From an uncultured Desulfobacteraceae bacterium (GTDB lineage: Bacteria > Desulfobacterota > DSM-4660 > Desulfatiglandales > B25-G16), in the NCBI GenBank assembly GCA_964549945.1, contig CAZJXD010000003.1, forward strand, positions 64,328-119,690: a stretch of DNA of 55,363 bases, read 5' to 3'. The notes beneath the pieces were generated by a model. The model had not been told where the DNA came from. It worked only from the letters and a program-made list of their open reading frames with translations, and made no database searches. The number at the start of each line of letters is the position of its first letter. The stretch's first letter is position 1. The position numbers and the translations under genes were made by a program. Shown one piece after another: positions 18,209-27,996 of the stretch.

Positions 18209-19702
18209 ATGGAAGGAGGACCGTTAATCCCTGATTCGCCAATAGAGCGGCTGAAGGTGATCTCCACGTGGGTCTCCTCTGTTCTCGATCTGGATCACCT
18301 TCTGGAACTCATCATAGATACTGCAACCTCTATGATGCAGGCCAAGGCCAGTTCTTTGCTGCTATTGGATCAGAGGAGCAAGAAACTCTATTTCAAGGTT
18401 GCTACGGGAGAGAAAAGAGAGGAAGTCAGGAAATATGAACTCGACCTGGGGCAGGGAATAGCCGGTTATGTAGCTGAAAAAGGGGAACCCCTCCTTATCC
18501 CAGACGTCAGTAAGGACCCCAGATGGTACAAGAAAATAAGCGAGTCCATAGGGTTTCAGACCCGCTCGATAGCCTGTGTGCCAATGAAGGTGGATAAAGA
18601 GATAATCGGGGTGGTTGAGATCATTGATAAAGAGGACGGAAGTCCAATTCAGGCTGAGGATATGAATATATTGACAGTCTTCGCCGATTTGGCCTCAAAG
18701 GCGATCTCCAATGCACAAAAGATAGACCAGGTTAAGAGGGAGAACAGAGATCTCAGGGAAGAGCTTGGGAACAAATACCAAATCGTTGGCGAGAGCATGG
18801 GAATTAAGAAGGTCATATCCGATGCTTTTAAGGTGGCCAACTCGAAAACCAGCACCCTGATCCTTGGAGAGAGCGGAACGGGTAAGGAACTGCTAGCTAG
18901 GTTGATCCATCAGGCAGGTCCAAGGAGGGATAAACCTATGATTGTGATAAATTGTGCAGCGTTGCCCGAAACCCTGCTTGAAGCTGAACTGTTCGGCCAT
19001 GAGAAAGGTGCCTTCACCGGGGCTATGAACAGAAAAATCGGGAAGTTCGAACTGGCTGACGGCGGAACGCTGTTCCTGGATGAAATTGGAGAAATGACCC
19101 CAGGGATGCAGGCAAAACTGCTCCGTGTGTTACAGGAGGGATTGTTTTACCGGGTCGGCGGCAATGTTCCCATATCGGTGGATGTCAGGGTCATTTCAGC
19201 TACAAACAGAGACATTTCCCAGGAAATAGTTGAGGGGAGATTTCGAGAAGATCTATACTACCGTCTAAATGTAGTTCAGATCCATATGCCCGCCCTAAGG
19301 GAAATGAAGGAAGACATACCCCTCCTCACTGATCATTTTTTAAATATCTTCAAGCGAGAACGGAGGCTCCCCAATCTAATGATCTCTGAAAAGTCCATGG
19401 AGAAGATGCTCGAATACGACTGGCCCGGGAACGTAAGGGAACTCAGCAATGCACTGGAGCGTGCCGTGGTCATGGGTAATGGTCATGAAATCTTGCCCGA
19501 GGACTTGCCCATTCATAGCCTAAAAACGAGCTATCCGGGTATGGAGGTGGGATTAACCCTCAAAGAGGCCGTGGACAAGTTCAAGAAAGAATTCATCGCC
19601 TTAAACCTGAGACATACAGGGGACAATAGAAGTAAGGCATCAAAAATAATGGATATTCAGAGGACGTACCTATCCAGGCTGATAGCTAAATATCATCTCT
19701 AA
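18209..19702 (+). CDS. GAF-AAA+-Fis sigma54-dependent enhancer-binding protein
   Basis: GAF (GQGIAGYVA, SIACVPM), GESGTGKE, GAFTGA, FLDEIGE, WPGNVREL and a C-terminal HTH. Confidence 0.95.
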   Translation: MEGGPLIPDSPIERLKVISTWVSSVLDLDHLLELIIDTATSMMQAKASSLLLLDQRSKKLYFKVATGEKREEVRKYELDLGQGIAGYVAEKGEPLLIPDVSKDPRWYKKISESIGFQTRSIACVPMKVDKEIIGVVEIIDKEDGSPIQAEDMNILTVFADLASKAISNAQKIDQVKRENRDLREELGNKYQIVGESMGIKKVISDAFKVANSKTSTLILGESGTGKELLARLIHQAGPRRDKPMIVINCAALPETLLEAELFGHEKGAFTGAMNRKIGKFELADGGTLFLDEIGEMTPGMQAKLLRVLQEGLFYRVGGNVPISVDVRVISATNRDISQEIVEGRFREDLYYRLNVVQIHMPALREMKEDIPLLTDHFLNIFKRERRLPNLMISEKSMEKMLEYDWPGNVRELSNALERAVVMGNGHEILPEDLPIHSLKTSYPGMEVGLTLKEAVDKFKKEFIALNLRHTGDNRSKASKIMDIQRTYLSRLIAKYHL

Positions 19703-20096
19703 AAAGAGTATAAAATATTAGACAGTAGATGCAAAAAAGTTTACAGGGAGGCGTGCCTCTAACAGGGTACGGCCCTCATTCAGCAGCCCACCTATGGAAA
19801 CCGGAAACCCCATTATTCGCCTTTATCCGCGAGATTTAACCCAGTTATCGGGAAGCTTGTTCAAAATACTCTATCAATAATTACCAGAGAACCTCGAGCG
19901 CAAGCCCGGGATGAATGCATTAATGAACACCACCTTGATGTCTTTTCTTCCGTTCCAAGGCTCTCCCGCGATTCGGGATCTTTTCAGCGACCTATCTGGG
20001 TCCCGCCAAGCAAGCGGGGCTTCGCATTCCCCGATAGATCGGGGGCTGCGTTTTCCCTCTCTGATAAGTCTTTAAAAGAACGAAGACCTCTTACAA

Positions 20097-20137
20097 GCCC
20101 TGTTGAATAGGGTTCCCGCTGGGGAATTCAACAGGGC
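20097..20137. repeat. 12-bp perfect inverted repeat (REP-like or activator site)
   Basis: GCCCTGTTGAAT...ATTCAACAGGGC. Confidence 0.6.
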
Positions 20138-20212
20138 GAGTCACTTAAAAAAGACATCAAGGTTTGCGCTTGGCTCAAAGTGCCACGGGCATAAACGTGT
20201 GGGTATCTATTT

Positions 20213-20228
20213 TGGCACTAATCTTGCT
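20213..20228 (+). promoter_or_regulatory. Sigma54 -24/-12 promoter
   Basis: TGGCACTAATCTTGCT, a consensus match 40 nt before the 20269 ATG. Confidence 0.75.
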
Positions 20229-20268
20229 TTTTTAGGAGACGGGCCAATAGCCTGAGAGGGGTGAGAGC

Positions 20269-20625
20269 ATGAATGAATACGCCGTGTACAACAAGGCAGC
20301 TGAGAGTAACTTTAAGCCCGGGAAACAGGCGGAACAATACTATAGTGTTGAATTCTCAATAAATGGAAGTCCTTTCGTGTATCAGTTCAAAATCTGGGAC
20401 ATAACTTTGAAGGAAAAATGTGTCCTGGTAAGGGAGGATTCCGATTTTCTAAATCACTTAAAGGCTGGTGACATATTGGATCTGAAATATTACTCCGCCG
20501 ATGTATCGCACCCTATCGAATACTTGAAAACAGAAATCAAGCATATCGGCAAGGACAATCGAGGGCGATTTAAAGGGCTCTATCTGGTTAGGCTGTCAAT
20601 AGTAGAGAACGCAAATCCTAATTAA
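20269..20625 (+). CDS. PilZ-like hypothetical protein (paralog of 10825-11175)
   Basis: YYSVEFS..YQFKIWD..LVREDSDFL..GDILDLKYY..KHIGK..GRFKGLYLV parallels the 10825 protein. Confidence 0.75.
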   Translation: MNEYAVYNKAAESNFKPGKQAEQYYSVEFSINGSPFVYQFKIWDITLKEKCVLVREDSDFLNHLKAGDILDLKYYSADVSHPIEYLKTEIKHIGKDNRGRFKGLYLVRLSIVENANPN

Positions 20626-21004
20626 TCAGGATCGCCATCATGGTATTGTCCGTCTATCTCTGGAAGATGGCTTCAGGGCTTTTTTCCTCCAGTTGTCATT
20701 GAGGATTTCAAAGATGTCACATATTATGGGATTCGCAGTTGGTTCATCGGGGCGGAAGTTGTTCAAGGGCCTTGTCCGATGAAGAACTTCTCAGAAGGTC
20801 CTCCTCGAGATATCGATTGTTCTAATAGATTTCCATAGCCCGTTGCCACATTCACTCTAGTTCGGATGGTCGAAGAGAGGCTTATCTCCGCATGTGGCAG
20901 CCGCTTTCCCCGTACAACCCATTCGCTTACCACTACCTAAAACGTCTAATGCATTTGTTTCGTGAATAGAGATTGACCTTATTGGCCTAAGGCATAACTA
21001 ATCA

Positions 21005-22237
21005 ATGTCACGTACCATGGAGTTCATGGCAATGCGATCATGTATTCTATATAAAAAGGCAGAGATCGAAAAATGTGCACAGAGACGAGATGATGGGTAT
21101 TGGAGATGTGATGAGTGGGCAGAAGAGTGGTCCTTTAGATGCCCTCGCTGGCAACCCGGGGCATTCATCTGCCGCACCCTGGTATGGATTGCAGGGTTTC
21201 TCTTGAAGGTATGCTACTGGTTTGCTCATAAGGCGTGCGTGTCTTTTACATTCACGAAGGTTATTCTGTGTGCTCTGTATGTGAGCTCAATGTTGCTTCC
21301 GAGAATGTGTGGAAAGATACTCGGCTTCGATGTTCTTGTCTCTAAAAATCCCACGAGCCCCTTTGGGCCTGCCATTGCGTATGGGAGGTACATTAACGAT
21401 GAGGGTGAAGAGACAGATAGGCCACTCATTATGTGTTGGACTGAGACAGCAGATCCCTTGACAGGCTCTTCCGGACTAAGGCTGAGGTATGAACAACTAC
21501 GACACTATTCATCTCCTTTCCATACAGTACTCCCCCAGTTTACCACAAAAGTCGTTGATAGCGAGGTATCACATCGAGGACCCGCATTGACTTTCTTCAA
21601 GAACACGTTTTTCCTGGCATATACGGGAAAGGACCGGGAGCACAGGATACATGTGATGCAATCCCCTGATGGCGGAAATACATGGTTAAACAAGGTGACG
21701 CTCAACGCATCCTCTCTGTCAGGGCCTGCACTGTCGGTGTTCAACAAGCGTATCTACCTCGCCTGGAAAAGCAAGCCACGAGAGGGCTCATACCTGAATA
21801 TTATGTCAAGCGTCGACGGCATAACGTGGGAGAATGAGGCGAGAGTGGTGGGGAGGGCACATTCAGGCCCTGCACTGGCAACGTTGAATACCATGCTCTT
21901 TATTGCCTGGAATGGCCTCGATGACTATAGGCTCAATCTTAAAAGCAGCCAGGATGGTATTTCCTTCGAGAATCCGGTCACGTTACAGGCGACAACCGAC
22001 GCCAGGCCTGGGCTGAGCGCTTACGGGAGCCACCTCTATTTGGCCTGGAAGGAGAGAGGTCGTGATGGCGAAATAAAACTGATGCGCAGCATGCATGGAA
22101 CTCATTGGGAAATGGTCTCAGTGAAGCTTCTCCCAGACAGGCCTTTGAATACCGGCTTACCAGCCTTGGCCTCTGCAAGTGAGGGCTTGATCATCGGTTG
22201 GGCCAATCAAAGGCTCCATATCGCAGGAAGGAAGTAG
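21005..22237 (+). CDS. Hypothetical protein: Cys/Trp-rich N-terminus + Asp-box beta-propeller
   Basis: Repeats of GPAL..F...YLAW with SxDGxxW boxes (SPDGGNTW, SVDGITW, SQDGISF). Confidence 0.7.
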   Translation: MSRTMEFMAMRSCILYKKAEIEKCAQRRDDGYWRCDEWAEEWSFRCPRWQPGAFICRTLVWIAGFLLKVCYWFAHKACVSFTFTKVILCALYVSSMLLPRMCGKILGFDVLVSKNPTSPFGPAIAYGRYINDEGEETDRPLIMCWTETADPLTGSSGLRLRYEQLRHYSSPFHTVLPQFTTKVVDSEVSHRGPALTFFKNTFFLAYTGKDREHRIHVMQSPDGGNTWLNKVTLNASSLSGPALSVFNKRIYLAWKSKPREGSYLNIMSSVDGITWENEARVVGRAHSGPALATLNTMLFIAWNGLDDYRLNLKSSQDGISFENPVTLQATTDARPGLSAYGSHLYLAWKERGRDGEIKLMRSMHGTHWEMVSVKLLPDRPLNTGLPALASASEGLIIGWANQRLHIAGRK

Positions 22238-22703
22238 CCAGATCACGTCCAAGCCAGAAAAGCGGGTTTCCTCCATTATCCCTGCCATTCTCTTTATGTT
22301 TACCACCAATATGAGAGAGCCTGCCTGCCGGACTAACGAGCCTTGACGCCATTGCGTTATAGACGGCTTTTTTGGAGTGACACGCCCTGAACACCGTCTA
22401 ATTCCTCCAATCACTATTCTCGTACAACCGCTTGCTTCAATTCAGTTTAGCTGCCCCATAGGAGTACATTTGCGACCCTCATTGCTATCCCTCGTGAACC
22501 TATCACCAAAATCCCTGTGCAGATAAAGGAATTCCAGTACAAGCTCCATGCACTGCGAGCGAAAAACTGCTTGCAATTAGCAGTGTGACTCCCTATGCTT
22601 GGCCCTTGATGATGGCAGTAAATCTAGTGGAAAACTATTAAAATACCTGTTAGTGGCATCCATCGCGTAAGGGATGTGTCTCTATGTGAGGGGAGATTTC
22701 ATT

Positions 22704-25562
22704 ATGAAGAAAAAGGTACTTATAGGGATTGGGATTTTGGTTTTGCTTTTGCTTTGGTTGGTGCTTTCCATCTATCCTGATTGGTTGTGGTTCGAAAAGC
22801 TGAGGTTTTCATCTGTGTTCTGGACGATGCTTTTGAGCAAATTCGGGTTCGGCTTGGGGGTGTGGCTGGTGTTTATCCTTATCATATCCCTCAACCTCTT
22901 CGCGGCCAATCGCCTGAGTTCGGGCATAGGTCAGAGAATGGCCTTCAGGCCCGATGGTGGGTATCTCGCACAGCTCGGCCTCTCAGGCAAAAGCACCAGC
23001 ATCTTGTTCATGGCAGTTATCCTGCTTATTAGCGTGGTAATCGCCTCAAAGGGATCCTATCAATGGGATATGTTCCTGCGCTATTTGTATCAGCAACCCT
23101 TCGGGAGCACGGATCCCATTTTTCACAAGGACATCGGTTTTTACGTATTCTCCCTTCCCTTCTACCTCTTTGTCCAAAATGGGTTGCTCGTTCTCTTCGT
23201 GTTAGGGGGCTTGCTCACCATGGGGTGGTACCTCAAAGAGGGCGGACTTCAGGTAATTGGTGAGCTCACCCAGGCAGAAGGAAGGCCGGTCTCGATGCCC
23301 AAGATTACCATCGCGCTCAATGTCAAGAAACACCTCGTATTCCTGGCGGGCATCGTGGTGCTTCTCCTGGCCTGGGGTTACCATCTCAAGGTGTACAAGC
23401 TTCTCTACTCCACCTACGGCCCTGCGTTCGGTGCAAGCTACACCGATGTCCATATCAAGGTCTTGGCCTACAGGATCTTGATTTTCTTTTCCCTGGGCTT
23501 GGCCGCGCTCTTGTTTTATAACACCCGTCAGCCCAGCAAAAAGCTAATCTGGATGGGCGTGGGAATCTGGGTGGGAGCCGTGGTGGTATTTGCCACCATC
23601 CTGCCCATGATGGTACAACAATTCGTGGTGAAGCCCAATGAATTGGCCAAGGAATCCCCCTACATTGCCTACAATATCGACTATACCCGTAAGGCCTATA
23701 ATCTGAATAAGATAACGGAGGTGAATTTTCCGGTGAGCGACACACTCAGCGCGGAAGATATCAAAACGCACAATGTGACGATTCAGAACATCAGGATCTG
23801 GGATGAACGCCCCTTGCTTCAAACCTACAGGCAGATTCAATCGATACGCCTCTATTACGACTTCAACAATGTCGACGTGGACCGCTACCTCATCAATAAT
23901 CAATTGCGACAAGTCACTCTGGCCGCCAGGGAGTTAGTGGTGAATCAACTCCCTGCCCAGGCGAATACATGGGTCAACAGGCATCTGATTTATACCCATG
24001 GCTACGGATTGGCCTTAAGTCCGGTAAACGAGGTCACCGCGGAAGGGCTGCCCAGGCTGTTGATCAAAGATCTCCCTCCTTCCTTTGAGGCGGACCTGAA
24101 GGTAGAGCGGCCGGAGCTATACTATGGAGAGAAAACCGATGAGTACGTGCTGATTAAGACCAGGACAGAGGAATTCGATTACCCCAAGGGGGACAAGAAC
24201 GTCTATACTATTTACAAGGGAACGGGAGGAGTCCCCATCGGATCCTTTATTCGAAGGGTGCTGTTCGCCCTTGAATTTTTAGATCCCCAGATCCTCTTTA
24301 CCACGTATCTAAGCCCTGAGAGCAGAATAATGTACATCCGTCGGATTGACAGGCGGGTACGTGCAATCGCCCCGTTTCTGGACTATGACGGAGATCCGTA
24401 CCTGGTCGTCTCCGGGGGGAAGCTCTACTGGATCCAGGATGCCTACACCACCTCTCACATGTATCCCTATTCCCGCCGATCGTATAAGTACCTAAAAAAC
24501 AAGAAGCTCAACTACATCAGGAATTCGGTCAAGGTAACCATCGATGCCTACAGTGGGGAGGTATGTTTCTACATGATCGATGAGAAGGATCCCCTTGTGA
24601 AGACCTATGCACGGATATTCCCCGATCTATTTAAGCCCTTCGATGAGATGCCCGCGGGCTTGAAGAAGCACATTCGGTATCCCAAGGACCTCTTTGAAAT
24701 CCAGGTAGGTACCTATAGAACCTATCACATGGAGGATGTCCAGGTCTTCTACAACCAGGAAGACCTCTGGCAGATCCCCGATGAGATCTACGGCGATGCC
24801 CGCCAGACAATGAAGCCGTACTATATCATTATAAAACTGCCTGGAGAGGATAGGGAGGAATTTCTGCTGATGCTCCCCTTCACCCCTTCTAAAAAGGATA
24901 ATATGATCGGCTGGCTGGCGGCCAGAAGTGACCTGCCCGACTACGGAAATCTGTTAGTCTACAAGTTGCCAAAGGAAAAACTGGTCTATGGGCCAATGCA
25001 GATTGAAGCGAGGGTGGATCAGCAAACCGAGATATCCCGCGAGCTGAGCCTCTGGGGTCAGAGAGGTTCCAGGGTGATCAGGGGCAACCTCCTCGCCATT
25101 CCCATCAGCGACTCATTTATCTATGTGGAGCCGGTTTACCTGGAGGCCAAACAGGAAGAGAGCGAGACGCCCTCCACAGCATCGGCGCGACCCAGGGGGT
25201 TTGGGACATCCCAAAGAAGGGAAACCGGCGCTTCCTCAGGGCCGGACAAATCAAGGGCCGCTTCCCTGCCCGAATTGAAACGGGTTATCGTCGCCTTTGG
25301 CAATCGGCTTGACATGGAGGAAGATCTTGATACGGCTTTACGCGGGGTGTTAAGGGAGAAGGTTTCCCGCAAGGAATTGGCCTCCCCTCGTATGCCGGAA
25401 ACCCTGGATATCTATAACCTTGGGCCCCTGGCATTGGAGCACTATAACAAGGCCAAGGAGTACCTGCGCCAGGGCAATTGGGCTGCATACGGGAAGGAAC
25501 TGGAGCAGCTGGAGGGCATACTCAAGGAGATGTCCCGGATCGCAGGGGAAAAGAAAGAGTAA
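22704..25562 (+). CDS. UPF0182 family membrane protein
   Basis: DWLWF, DPIFHKDIGFYVFSLP, NIRIWD, HLIYTHGYG, NYIRNSVK, YVEPVYL. Confidence 0.92.
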   Translation: MKKKVLIGIGILVLLLLWLVLSIYPDWLWFEKLRFSSVFWTMLLSKFGFGLGVWLVFILIISLNLFAANRLSSGIGQRMAFRPDGGYLAQLGLSGKSTSILFMAVILLISVVIASKGSYQWDMFLRYLYQQPFGSTDPIFHKDIGFYVFSLPFYLFVQNGLLVLFVLGGLLTMGWYLKEGGLQVIGELTQAEGRPVSMPKITIALNVKKHLVFLAGIVVLLLAWGYHLKVYKLLYSTYGPAFGASYTDVHIKVLAYRILIFFSLGLAALLFYNTRQPSKKLIWMGVGIWVGAVVVFATILPMMVQQFVVKPNELAKESPYIAYNIDYTRKAYNLNKITEVNFPVSDTLSAEDIKTHNVTIQNIRIWDERPLLQTYRQIQSIRLYYDFNNVDVDRYLINNQLRQVTLAARELVVNQLPAQANTWVNRHLIYTHGYGLALSPVNEVTAEGLPRLLIKDLPPSFEADLKVERPELYYGEKTDEYVLIKTRTEEFDYPKGDKNVYTIYKGTGGVPIGSFIRRVLFALEFLDPQILFTTYLSPESRIMYIRRIDRRVRAIAPFLDYDGDPYLVVSGGKLYWIQDAYTTSHMYPYSRRSYKYLKNKKLNYIRNSVKVTIDAYSGEVCFYMIDEKDPLVKTYARIFPDLFKPFDEMPAGLKKHIRYPKDLFEIQVGTYRTYHMEDVQVFYNQEDLWQIPDEIYGDARQTMKPYYIIIKLPGEDREEFLLMLPFTPSKKDNMIGWLAARSDLPDYGNLLVYKLPKEKLVYGPMQIEARVDQQTEISRELSLWGQRGSRVIRGNLLAIPISDSFIYVEPVYLEAKQEESETPSTASARPRGFGTSQRRETGASSGPDKSRAASLPELKRVIVAFGNRLDMEEDLDTALRGVLREKVSRKELASPRMPETLDIYNLGPLALEHYNKAKEYLRQGNWAAYGKELEQLEGILKEMSRIAGEKKE

Positions 25563-25781
25563 ACCTCCTCGCTCAGGCTGAGTGAGGATTGCGATTCGCC
25601 CGGGAGGATCTGCAATATCCGGGGTCCCATAGTGAAGAAGCCACGCCTGACCGATCTTGAGGTTGTGTTGAGAGGCGAGAGCTTAGGCTTTTAGGCGCCT
25701 TTGAGTCGCCGAGTCCCGGGGATTACTGAGTTCCTGGATTAGTAAGGAATCATCCAGCCCGATCAACGCTCAAGGAGTACT

Positions 25782-26705
25782 TTAAGGATTGCCGGATTCG
25801 AATGCCTCCACATCCCGGGTTGTGGGGATCTTTGACTCACAGGGAACCGCCGTCTGGCAAAGGCCGCAGCCCCGTGGCTCCGGGAATCCATAGTGGGATC
25901 TCACAAACTCTGCTACCTCACCGCGCATATAGGTGGAACACTTGACCTTGTCATGCCCCTCTTCGGTAATCGCCCCTGCGGGGCAACGGGTGATACACTT
26001 TCCGCAGATCCCCTGGGTGAAGAAGATGCAGTACTCCTGGTAATTCTCGTAGGGCCGTTTGGTGGGGGGTATCTTGATTTTGGCAACCACCGATCCACAG
26101 CGTATGGCCTTACCCCTTGGGGTTATCAGGCCGTCACAGAGTCCAAAGGTCCCGAGCCCCGAGGCGTAGGCCGCGTGGCGCTCTGACCAGCTGGAGGCGA
26201 ACCCGTAACGATGGGATGTCTCCCGCTTCCATAAAGGGGAGCGCATGGGCGCCACGGCCTCGATGCCTGCTCGTGTCAATATCTCCACCACGTGGTCGCG
26301 GAGCTTTTCGTTGAACTCCTCGCCGTGGATGCGCGCCCGGACCCACCGCTCCGCGGGATAAGTGGCCTGTCTCCTGTTATCAGCCCTCGTGAGATCGGTC
26401 TGGGGGAGTATCCAGCTGATGATGGTGAGCTGATCCGGCTCAGCTGTTACCTCGGGAAATGTCGTGTGGAATATCTCGAGCGGGGTCCAGTGAAAATCCC
26501 CTATCATTGACTTGAAATCCTCATAGAGGGGATCATCGCCCCTTGAGAATCCCACGAGGGGATCTGCCCATGCCCTCTCGTTTTCCTGGTTTCTAAGCGT
26601 GTTCTCCGGGGACGTGTGGATGAAATCCTCAATGGTGGCCGTAAGCCATTTTTTGGGATTTTCTGTGACTTTTGGATTTTTCATAACGATGCCTTTCTCC
26701 TTCAT
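25782..26705 (-). CDS. Epoxyqueuosine reductase (QueG)-like 4Fe-4S protein
   Basis: WSERHAAYASGLGTFG, CGKCITRCP, and CGLCQTAVPC. Confidence 0.8.
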   Translation of the reverse strand: MKEKGIVMKNPKVTENPKKWLTATIEDFIHTSPENTLRNQENERAWADPLVGFSRGDDPLYEDFKSMIGDFHWTPLEIFHTTFPEVTAEPDQLTIISWILPQTDLTRADNRRQATYPAERWVRARIHGEEFNEKLRDHVVEILTRAGIEAVAPMRSPLWKRETSHRYGFASSWSERHAAYASGLGTFGLCDGLITPRGKAIRCGSVVAKIKIPPTKRPYENYQEYCIFFTQGICGKCITRCPAGAITEEGHDKVKCSTYMRGEVAEFVRSHYGFPEPRGCGLCQTAVPCESKIPTTRDVEAFESGNP

Positions 26706-27027
26706 GAACGAACATTAACTGTATTCCCTCTTTTTCCATTTGCAGTCTATCACGATCTATTTTCCCTCTAGCGGAGATTTCTCTTTCTACGGCATGAGAG
26801 TTCGTTCCTATACAATACTTCACCTCTCATTGGAGAATCAACAAGAACCTAATTTTCGTTGAAAGCCCGTAAAATGAAAAAGGGGGATTGTTGCATTTGT
26901 TGAAAGATTGAATCCCATGGATACATTCATCAATCGCCAGGCACCTGGCTGAACGCTCCTGGGTGCCGTATGCCTCTGTCCATGACCCGAGCTGAATCAA
27001 GGGCTGGCAAGCTATAAAGGATTGAAA

Positions 27028-27996
27028 TTACATCGTTAATCGGTGGCAGAGGGCGCGGTGGGTCGGGGAAAGGAGGGTCGGTTCCGGTTCTCTCTGCTCG
27101 CAGATAGGCCCGAGCTTTTCATGACACCTGGTATGAAAGCAACAGCCCGAGGGAATCAGGAGGGGACTCGGGATATCGCCTTCCAGCAAAATGGCGTGTT
27201 CCTGTTGATGAGCCTGAGGCAACGGTACAGAAGATAAGAGGGCCTTTGTGTAGGGATGGGCCGGAGAGTCAAACAGCTCGTTCACCGTGCCCTCCTCCAC
27301 AATTCTACCCAGATACATCACCGCCACCCTATCGCAAACGTAACGGATGACCGACAGGTTGTGGGAGATAAACAGGTAGGTGAGCGACATCTTATCCTGC
27401 AGCTCCTCTAAGAAGTTCAGTGTCTGGGCCTGTACGGATACGTCCAGGGCGGATGTCGGCTCATCAAGGACGAGCATCTTTGGATTCAATGCCAGGGCAC
27501 GGGCGATCCCCACGCGCTGCTTTTGACCGCCGCTTAGCTCATGGGGGAAACGGTACATATGCTCCTTCTTGAGCCCTACGATTTCCAAGAGTTCCCGAAC
27601 GCGCTGCCTGAGCATGCGTCCTCTCACGTGTTCGTGGATGACCAAAGGCTCGCCGACACTCTTGATAATCGTCTTTCTCGGATTAAGGGAGGAATGCGGG
27701 TCCTGAAAGATCATCTGCATATCGCGTCGAAGCCGTCGAAGCATTTTGTGATCGAGCTCGCAGATATTGGTGCCGTTGAAGAAAATATCTCCTGAGCTCG
27801 GATCGATCAGCCTCAGGATTGTCCTGCCCAGGGTGGTCTTGCCCGAACCCGACTCCCCCACAATGCCATAGGACTCACCCTCTTTAATGTCCAGGTTCAC
27901 GCTCCTGACCGCTTGCACGGTCTCCTTGGCCCTTCGAAAGAGTCCCTGCTTGATCGGGAAGTATTTACTGAGATCTCTGACTTCTAGGAAGTTCAT
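27028..27996 (-). CDS. Peptide ABC transporter ATP-binding subunit (OppF/DppF-like)
   Basis: GESGSGKT, LSGGQKQR, LDEPTSALD and a C-terminal Cys-rich oligopeptide domain. Confidence 0.93.
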   Translation of the reverse strand: MNFLEVRDLSKYFPIKQGLFRRAKETVQAVRSVNLDIKEGESYGIVGESGSGKTTLGRTILRLIDPSSGDIFFNGTNICELDHKMLRRLRRDMQMIFQDPHSSLNPRKTIIKSVGEPLVIHEHVRGRMLRQRVRELLEIVGLKKEHMYRFPHELSGGQKQRVGIARALALNPKMLVLDEPTSALDVSVQAQTLNFLEELQDKMSLTYLFISHNLSVIRYVCDRVAVMYLGRIVEEGTVNELFDSPAHPYTKALLSSVPLPQAHQQEHAILLEGDIPSPLLIPSGCCFHTRCHEKLGPICEQREPEPTLLSPTHRALCHRLTM

